From: Octopus sinensis
Lineage: Eukaryota
NCBI RefSeq assembly: GCF_006345805.1
Contig: NW_021828630.1
Coordinates: forward strand, 1-7,994
Length of the DNA stretch: 7,994 nt
Direction: 5' to 3'
The position numbers and the translations under genes are program-made. The notes under the pieces are model-generated. The model was not told the DNA's origin and searched no databases. It was given only the letters and a program-made list of their open reading frames with translations. Shown in pieces: positions 1 to 7,024 of the stretch (position 1 is its first letter; each line of letters starts with the position of its first letter).

Positions 1-42
1 ACACAGTACACTGGTACATTAGGAATTACCATACCAAGCATC

Positions 43-69
43 TATGTATTATGTATGTATGTATGAATG

Positions 70-108
<39 letters not shown>

Positions 109-186
109 TATCTATCTATCATCTGTCGGTCTGTCTATCTGTCTGACTGTCTCTTTCTGTCTGTCTCTCTACCCTCTCTCACCCTC

Positions 187-271
<85 letters not shown>
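43..271. repeat. Compound tetranucleotide microsatellite: (TATG)n, (TATC)n, TGTC/TC-rich spacer, perfect (TCTA)21 at 187-270
   Basis: Read directly from the sequence. Explains ORFs 44..292 and 67..279 (YLSI repeats). Confidence 0.98.
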
Positions 272-1750
272 GGATATGAACACTATAGCTGAAAATTTCA
301 ACACTCCCTCCGACCTTAATCTCGTCGCCTCCAGTATAAAATTTGTTAATAAAAACGTGGTTATTCATTATCTTATGCATCTTTGTGAGTTATAGCTTAC
401 ACTTAGTGTCAGGGCTTGTTGTATGCTTTCGCACTCGTGGCTAATTTCATGGAAGAGTCCCTTAATTCTTTTTGTCTTTTAGATGCCTAAAGAATGTTTG
501 TTAATGCGAAATGTTTTTGCTTCTATATATCTGAACATATGCGTATGTTGTGTTAATCAGGTTTTGAATGAATTTACAGTTAATGCAGTAAGCTATTTTA
601 TAACACCACAAGCATTGTGTATTAAGGCTAAATTAACTACAGTGAGTTAACTATATTATTTGTTTTATTGTCATCGAAACAGAAACTGACTCAGCGCTTT
701 ACTGAGTGGCTCAATTAAATGCTGACGAAGAAGAGAATCACCCATTCACTTGTTAGATTTTTTTGATAAAAATACAATAAATTTCGTTTTTCGATTTGGT
801 TTGCAAGATTCTTTATGTGAGTTCATGTTTTAAAACATATTTTGTTAGAATGACTCTCCCCAGACACAACAAAAAAATGCAATAAATGTTTCATAAAAAC
901 CATCTTATTTTAAACTAAAATTTAAATTCACGGTCTGCATTTGCAATCACCAGTCAGGTTCGGTTCTGCTTTTCAATCATTTTTATACCCAAATATTTAA
1001 ACCCACGAGATTGAAATGTCATGACTGTAAACTGCAGGATTTAAGCGAACCGCTATATTCAATAAACGCATTATTGATTTTTTAAGTAACTGTGTTTCTG
1101 CGATGGACACCTTTTAACTTCAAGTCTCTATTATAATTTCACTGAGACCCTTGAACTTATAAACTCCTCCCTTAGTTAGTTTCCCGAAGGATTTTCCTTT
1201 GTTTATTTTGCAACCTTTAAAGCCATTTCCTGTCACTACTTTAATTACATTAATTATTTAAATTATCTTAATTATTTTTCTCATATTTATCTCTCTTCTA
1301 AATTATCTCCATATTTCACTCATATATTTTAAACATTATCATTCAGTTCATTTTTCCCTTGCGATTGTCTCTGACGAAGTTAACGGGATTTTGCATGAAT
1401 TCACTTTTAATAATTCTAACTGTCATTCAAGTTATCTCTGACTTTAATTATTTCGCTTCAATTTTTATTTAAAATCCCCTTTAATATTCATAAATTCTTT
1501 GTTAACTGTTCCCCTCGCCTCATTTACTATATACTACCGAATCCATATGTTAATCAGGTCTGACCTGGTTTAGCAAGCGATCATAAGAAAGCAGAGTTTG
1601 CCTATTCTGCTTTTCCTTCATCCTGTAAAGTCTTTCCCAATACTTTCACCAGCGGAAAACCCAGACATCAATCCTGGTTATAGTTTATATCGTCAATTTT
1701 TCACTGTAGATGCTTCAACAGACTTCCAAGCAATGACAATACAGTAAATC

Positions 1751-1925
1751 CTTTATCTTTTACTTGTTTCAGTCAGTAGATTGCGGCCATGCTGGGGTAC
1801 CGCCTTGAAGAAGCTAGACGAACCGACTCCAGTACTTTCGTTTTAAAAGCCTGGTACTTATCCTATCGGATCCTTTGCAGGGACGTAAATACAGCAACAC
1901 CAGTTGCCAAACGGCGGTGGGGACA

Positions 1926-1958
<33 letters not shown>

Positions 1959-2101
1959 CACACACATATATACACACACTCTCTCTCACACACGCACACA
2001 CACACACATCACGGATGTACACACATACGACTAGCTTCTTTCAGCTTCCGTCTACCAAATCCATTCACAAGGCTTCGGTCGGCCCGAGGCTATAGTAGAA
2101 G
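1751..2101 (-). mobile_element. SINE family B, 5'-truncated older copy (tRNA head missing) with internal (CA)n tract
   Basis: Reverse complement of 2026-2101 matches 3276-3351 at 69/76 nt. The reverse complement of 1751-1925 aligns to the tail at 3391-3570 (AAGGCGGT..CCAGCATGG..TGACTGAAACAAGTAAAAGA) with more divergence and a short deletion. Confidence 0.9.
1928..2008. repeat. (CA)n microsatellite inside the family-B SINE
   Basis: Read directly. It sits at the same internal position as the TA/TG tract (about 3352-3390) of the other family-B copy. Confidence 0.95.
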
Positions 2102-2103
2102 GA

Positions 2104-2470
2104 ATCCTTGCAAGAAGGATTTGCACCATAGTCCGAAAAAAGGGTCTAAGATTGCAAGAACTTAAAAACGTACCCCAGGACAGGCACTGCCCCACTCAAC
2201 TCATAAATGAAGGAATTAAACGTACGAAATCAATTGATATTAAAACATTAAGAAAAGCCAAACACAACAACAGACCAACTTAAAGCACTAACTTATGTCT
2301 CCACAGACAACCCCAGGAACAAAAAAAGCATGTAATATCATCGTCCAAAATCTCCCAATATTCCATAAGGGCCCCAAACATCAGGAAATTCTACATAACC
2401 ATAACATCATTAAGAGCAGCAAACAACCTAAGACGTCAAAGAAGATCTCCACAAATGCCAAAATAAAAGA
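2104..2470 (+). mobile_element. Decayed Penelope-like retroelement (PLE) fragment: RT thumb and post-RT region, two frameshifts
   Basis: Manual translation. Frame 1, 2107-2280: LARRICTIVRKKGLRLQELKNVPQDRHCPTQLINEGIKRTKSIDIKTLRKAKHNNRPT*. Frame 2, 2285-2323: ALTYVSTDNPRNK. Frame 3, after the A7 run at 2321-2327: ACNIIVQNLPIFHKGPKHQEILHNHNIIKSSKQPKTSKKISTNAKIK. The ordered motifs LARRICTIV / LxELK / PxxLIxxGI / YVSTxNP / QNLPI / IIKSxxQP / TxAK match my recollection of PLE proteins between the RT core and the GIY-YIG endonuclease. No database search was run. Confidence 0.72.
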
Positions 2471-2710
2471 CTTACCTCTTCTATTGTAAGATATATGCCA
2501 GAACAAAATAGAGACCAAAAATAAAGATTACAGATTTACCTCCCCTTTACTGCAAAATAAATGACTGAACAATTGTCTCACCTAGTAATATATCTTCTCC
2601 CAAGTAACGTCTATTTTTCAACCCTTAGCTGGATGAGCAATGCGAAACCGGTTCTTTATGTTGGAAGAACAAAATCTTATTTTGTACAAAATTGCATTAT
2701 CTTTATTATT

Positions 2711-2723
2711 ATGACTCTAATAT
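2711..2723 (+). repeat. Left target-site duplication (ATGACTCTAATAT) of SINE A
   Basis: Identical 13-mer at 3097-3109 immediately after the element. Confidence 0.92.
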
Positions 2724-2725
2724 CT

Positions 2726-3096
2726 GGAGGCGCAATGGCCCAGTGGTTAGGGCAGCGGACTCGCGGTCATAGGAACGCGGTTTCGATTCCCAGACCGGGC
2801 GTTGTGAGTGTTTATTGAGCGAAAACACCTAAAAGCTCCACGAGGCTCCGGCAGGGGATGGTGGTGATCCCTGCTGTACTCTTTCACCACAACTTTCTCT
2901 CACTCTTACTCCCTGTTTCTGTTGTACCCGTATTTCAAGGGGCCGGCCTTGTCACTCTCTGTGTCACGCTGAATATCCCCGAGAACTACGTTAAGGGTAC
3001 ACGTGTCTGTGGAGTGCTCAGCCACTTACACGTTAATTTCACGAGCAGGCTGTTCCATTGATTCGGATCAACCGGAACCCTCGTCGGAGTGCTTCC
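2726..3096 (+). mobile_element. SINE family A, full-length tRNA-derived copy with perfect 13-bp TSD
   Basis: GC-rich island starting GGAGGCGCAATGGCCCAGTGG. A-box-like TGGCCCAGTGG at 2736-2746, B-box-like GTTTCGATTCC at 2780-2790. Head and body are homologous to the minus-strand copy at about 5440-5606. Flanked by the 13-bp direct repeat. Confidence 0.93.
2736..2790 (+). promoter_or_regulatory. Internal RNA polymerase III type-2 promoter (A box and B box) of SINE A
   Basis: TGGCCCAGTGG and GTTTCGATTCC with tRNA-like spacing. Activity is not shown. Confidence 0.7.
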
Positions 3097-3109
3097 ATGA
3101 CTCTAATAT
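3097..3109 (+). repeat. Right target-site duplication (ATGACTCTAATAT) of SINE A
   Basis: Identical to 2711-2723. Confidence 0.92.
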
Positions 3110-3186
3110 ACTCCTTAACCCTGTAACACAAATCTTCTGTCTCTTTTCATCTTTTCTCTTTCTCTTTCACACACATTATGTATATA

Positions 3187-3594
3187 GGTGTAGGAGTGGC
3201 TGAGTGGTAAGAAGCTTGCTTACGAACCACACGGTTATAGGTTCAGTCCCACTGCGTGGCACCTTGGGCAAGTGTCTTCTACTATAGTCTCGGGCCGACC
3301 AAAGCTTTGTGAGTGGATTTGGTAGACGGAAACTGAAAGAAGGTCGTCGTACATATATATATGTATGTGTGTGTATATGCTTGTGTGTTTGTCACCCCCA
3401 AATCGCTTGACAACCGATGCTGGAGTGTTTACTCCCCGTAACTTAGCGGTTCAGCAAAAGACCGATAGAATAAGTATGAGGCTTACAAAGAATAAGTCTT
3501 GGGGTCGATTTGCTCGACTAAAGGCGGTGCTCCAGCATGGTCACAGTTAAATGACTGAAACAAGTAAAAGACTAAAAAGAGAGAGTAAAAGAGT
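3187..3594 (+). mobile_element. SINE family B, full-length tRNA-derived copy with CORE-like motif, internal TA/TG tract and AAAAGAGT-type tail
   Basis: A-box-like TGGCTGAGTGG at 3197-3207, B-box-like GGTTCAGTCCC at 3240-3250. CCTTGGGCAAGT at 3262-3273 resembles the CORE-SINE/MIR core motif. Homologous to the inverted copy at 1751-2101. A possible low-complexity TSD TGTATATA lies at 3179-3186 and 3596-3603. Confidence 0.92.
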
Positions 3595-3595
3595 C

Positions 3596-3639
3596 TGTAT
3601 ATATTATATACATATACATGTATATAATGTGTGTGTGTG

Positions 3640-3678
<39 letters not shown>

Positions 3679-3695
3679 GTGTGTATGTATATATA

Positions 3696-3726
<31 letters not shown>

Positions 3727-3790
3727 CCATAGTTACAGACACACAAGCACCCACACCCACACACACACACACACACTCACACACACACAT
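3596..3790. repeat. Compound TA/TG/CA microsatellite, including perfect (TA)16 at 3643-3674
   Basis: Read directly. Explains ORFs 3551..3832, 3572..3796 and 3618..3827. Confidence 0.97.
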
Positions 3791-3870
3791 CAGCACACGA
3801 TTCGCCCGGCGTCATTTCTACTTCTAGAATGAGCTTTCAGATGGATGCTTCTTTACGTGACAAAAACGTG

Positions 3871-3908
3871 GTGTGTGTGTGTGTTGTGTGTGTGTGTGCA
3901 TGTGTGTG
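3871..3908. repeat. Interrupted (GT)n microsatellite
   Basis: Read directly. Confidence 0.93.
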
Positions 3909-4296
3909 ACTGCATGTATGCATTTGTATCGCAGAAAGACGAGAAACTGATGAAATTCAAAAATTCGTACAGAAATATGAACGTCCATTAAGTGGAGTAG
4001 GTGGAGAGTGATTAACGACATGGTTTAAACGATAATCTAGCGATAATAACAGCGTCTACGAAAACACTGAAATCTCTCGCTGATGAATTCTATATAAGGT
4101 AGAAAACCCTAAACTTAGTGCTGGGTGTAGAGTACCATTTATATTTCATTATTTATTGCTTCAATTGTGTCCTAATGCTTATATGACTTACCTTGTATAT
4201 ATATATATATATTTATGATTTAATTGAGATCTATCGCAAATAGAAGCATAAAAACGCAGTGATTTTTTTGCAGTATATATTGTGTACACTCACTCA

Positions 4297-4297
<1 letters not shown>

Positions 4298-4359
<62 letters not shown>
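4298..4359. repeat. Perfect (CA)31 microsatellite
   Basis: Uninterrupted CA dinucleotide run. Confidence 0.98.
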
Positions 4360-4360
<1 letters not shown>

Positions 4361-4584
4361 GAGAAGTATTTTCATTGTGATGAGCTAGCAAAATCACATA
4401 TATGAGTGTATGGGTGCATATAATGTCTGTGTGTTTGTTCAATATATATATGTGTGTATGTATGTGTGTTGGTATATATTTGTATGTGTATAAATTATTT
4501 ATATACCCTTAAACGAAAGGGTACTTAATACAGTATGTAGAGCTTATACTTATATGTCAACCATTACACCCTGAAGCATTAAGT

Positions 4585-5033
4585 CACACATACACAAATG
4601 CACACGCACACACATACACGCACACATACGCACGCACACATACTCGTACGCACACACACACGCACACACTCGCAAACACACTCACATACACACGCACACA
4701 CATACACGCACACACACATTCACACACGTGCACACACACTTACACACACACTCACACATACATACACGCACACACACGCAAACACACTCACATACAAACG
4801 CTCACATACACACGCACACACATTCGCAAACACACACGCACACACATTCGCAAACACACACGCACACGCACATTGACGCACACACACACGCACACATACA
4901 CGTACGCACAGACACACGCAAACACACTCACATACACACGCACACACACTTGCAAAAACACATACACGCACGCACACACTCACACACGCACACACGCACA
5001 CACACACAGACACACACACTCACATACACACAT
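4585..5033. repeat. Long degenerate CA-based tract with CG/TA/CT variants and higher-order subrepeats
   Basis: Read directly. Recurring motif CGCAAACACACTCACATACA at 4671, 4777 and 4917, and a 24-bp tandem duplication with copies starting at 4821 and 4845. Confidence 0.95.
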
Positions 5034-5321
5034 AATGCATATTGTGATTCATGAATTACACCTCCGACTTCACAACCGTAAAAAATCGATAAACAACTGG
5101 ACGGTCACGGATAGAACGGCATTACCCTACCGGCACTGAACTCGAAATAAACAACAAGAACAAAAACCAAACGAAAATATCAATATTTTAACTGAAAAAC
5201 GCCAACACAGAAATCATCCAAGTCTCGTCTCAATCTGCTAAAATTGGGAGCTAAATTCCTCTCTCAGATCACGATTTTCTACCTTGAAAAATGAGCGATG
5301 GTTAAAGATGTCCCTAAGATG

Positions 5322-5606
5322 TTTTGTTTTTTGTAGTTTGTTCCTTCTCAAGCCATGCCTGGCTCATAAGGGCTGGTTTCCCGGTTTCCTTGGCGTATAG
5401 GTTCCCCACCTGGACGGGACGCCGGTCCGTCGCAAGATGCAGGAGGAAAGAGTGAGAGAAAGTTGTGGCGAAAAAGTCAGCAGAAGTTAGCCATTACCTT
5501 CTGCCGGTGTTTCGCTCATAAGCACACACATTGCCCCGTCTGAGATTCGAACTCGCGATCCTTCGACCGCGAGACCGCTGCTCTAACCACTAAGCCTTGT
5601 GCCTCT
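5322..5606 (-). mobile_element. SINE family A-related copy with shared tRNA head and body but a different 3' tail
   Basis: Minus strand: AGAGGCACAAGGCTTAGTGGTTAGAGCAGCGG, A-box-like at 5587-5597 and B-box-like AGTTCGAATCT at 5543-5553. Shares CCACAACTTTCTCTCACTCTT with the 2726 copy and ends in an A/C-rich tail. Candidate 8-bp TSD CTAAGATG at 5314-5321 and 5613-5620. Confidence 0.88.
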
Positions 5607-5641
5607 ACATGGCTAAGATGCAACGTAATCTAAAATAATAT

Positions 5642-5878
5642 ATACCTATTTCTTTACTATCCACAAATGGGGCTAAACACAGAGAGGACAAACAAGGACA
5701 GATAAACGGATTAAGTCGATTACATCGACCCCAGTGCGTAACTGGTACTTAATTTATCGACTCCGAAAGGATGACAGGCAAAGTCGACCTCGGCAGAATT
5801 TGAACTCAGAACGTACCGGCAGACGAAATACGGCTAAGCATTTCGCCCGGAGTGCTAACGATTCTGCCAATCGCCGCC
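5642..5878 (-). mobile_element. SINE family C, full-length copy with tRNA-like head
   Basis: Minus strand starts GGCGGCGATTGGCAGAATCGTTAGC. A-box-like at 5859-5869, B-box-like GAGTTCAAATTC at 5796-5807. About 90% identical by eye to the array units at 7177-7543. Confidence 0.92.
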
Positions 5879-5970
5879 ATACATACCTTGCTTGGGATGG
5901 AACACGTTAATGAAGACTTTGTTTAATTACCAAGGTCTTGGCTACAACAATCACACACCAGCATTATCAT

Positions 5971-6015
5971 CAACAACAACACCAACAACAACAACAGTGA
6001 CGATAACAACAACAA
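5971..6015. repeat. Imperfect (CAA)n trinucleotide repeat
   Basis: Read directly. Confidence 0.85.
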
Positions 6016-6169
6016 AAGCAATGAACTTCGTTTGACAGACATTTTGAACCGATGTCTTTGTTGTTGTTTTATCAAGTGTGGCCTCTATAAACTCTGTGAA
6101 TGTGGATCACATTTAGGATTCCGTTTTATCTATTGTTATTAGGAATCTATAATGAAATAGATGAGTAAT

Positions 6170-6202
<33 letters not shown>

Positions 6203-6545
6203 TACATACAAACACAGACCGTCCCCCATACACACATCTATATGTATGTATAATGTGTGTGTGTGTATATAGACTTATATATATATATATATGTATATAT
6301 AAATATGTATGTATGCATATATGTATAATATATGTATATTATTATATAATATATTATATATAATATATATATATACTATATATATATATATATATATATA
6401 TAATAACTTATAATATATACTTATGTATACTTTATATTCTATATATAGTTGCTGATTCATTCACACAAACTTCTTTGTCTTGATAAAACTTTCTATGCAT
6501 ACGTAAATGTTATAATACAAGTACAATTATATAAATATATATATG

Positions 6546-6577
<32 letters not shown>

Positions 6578-6595
6578 ATTGTACTTATATTATAA
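6170..6595. repeat. Extended TA-rich low-complexity region with several (TA)n runs and TATG variants
   Basis: Read directly. Explains ORF 6275..6460. Confidence 0.92.
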
Positions 6596-6700
6596 CATTT
6601 ACGTAGGTTCAAGCAGATATCTATCGCGTACGATAACTTCAGACAGAAATACACATACATATACATATATCTAAGATCTAAGCATATTTTTTTATTATTG

Positions 6701-6780
6701 GTGTGTGTGTGGTGTAAGTGACTTAGTGTATGTGTGTGCGTGTGTGTGTGTGTGTGTGACCTACACAGACATATATATAT
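6701..6780. repeat. Interrupted (TG)n followed by a short (TA)n
   Basis: Read directly. Confidence 0.85.
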
Positions 6781-6948
6781 AAAAATGAGCGAGTGTATAC
6801 GTTTAATTGAGGTGAAAAGGTTAAATGTTGGTTTATCTCGAATTCCCTGCTGAATTAATGGCAAGCTCCATATGACGGTCCCGAGAGGGACTGGAAATAT
6901 GGACTTCATTCTACTTTTTATTCCTCATTACTGCAACATTTTAATGAT

Positions 6949-7024
6949 ATGATAATTAACAAATAATAGTCACAATTACTATTATTATATATTCACTATT
7001 TCGGCTTTACGATCTGAGTTCAAA
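6949..7024 (+). repeat. 76-bp direct repeat, left copy (unique AT-rich flank plus start of an old SINE C)
   Basis: 74/76 identical to 7545-7620 (AAAT vs AAAA, TACT vs TAGT). Confidence 0.95.

Noticed and set aside
44-292. ORFs 44..292 and 67..279
   Set aside because: Translations of the TATC repeat (YLSI), which lacks stops in these frames.
1555-1567. Palindrome CAGGTC-T-GACCTG resembling a nuclear-receptor inverted element
   Set aside because: One half-site is incomplete, and a single 6-bp-arm palindrome is expected by chance in 8 kb.
1696-1749. Minus-strand peptide IYCIVIAWKSVEASTVKN, reminiscent of the pogo/Tigger transposase AW..V...TI.N motif
   Set aside because: Only 18 aa, followed by a stop, with no other transposase motif or terminal inverted repeat seen.
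1789-2165. Four overlapping ORFs on both strands
   Set aside because: They run through SINE B and its CA tract. The HT/CV runs are microsatellite artefacts.
2470-2478. Consensus-like minus-strand splice donors (GAG/GTAAGT here, AAG/GTAAGT at 4186-4194, TAG/GTAAGG at 7803-7811)
   Set aside because: Upstream sequence gives no convincing coding exon, and several such hexamers are expected by chance in AT-rich DNA.
2726-2800. tRNA genes at SINE heads (also 3187-3255, 5535-5606, 5790-5878)
   Set aside because: A and B boxes are present but I cannot fold a complete cloverleaf with a paired acceptor stem, and each head runs into multi-copy SINE body sequence.
4022-4102. Peptide GLNDNLAIITASTKTLKSLADEF, vaguely like the region after a LINE RT YADD motif
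   Set aside because: The catalytic motif is not present and no flanking RT motifs are detectable.
4598-5139. His/Thr-rich and Cys/Val-rich ORFs that could be mistaken for metal-binding proteins
   Set aside because: All frames on both strands stay open simply because CA-variant repeats rarely encode stops. No start or splice context supports them.
6170-6460. Apparent long inverted repeats in the TA-rich block
   Set aside because: Self-complementarity is inherent to (TA)n, and no unique-sequence arms are present.
6493-6909. Longest ORF (138 aa, minus strand)
   Set aside because: Mostly TA/TG repeat translation. The unique N-terminal 40 aa resembles nothing I recognise.
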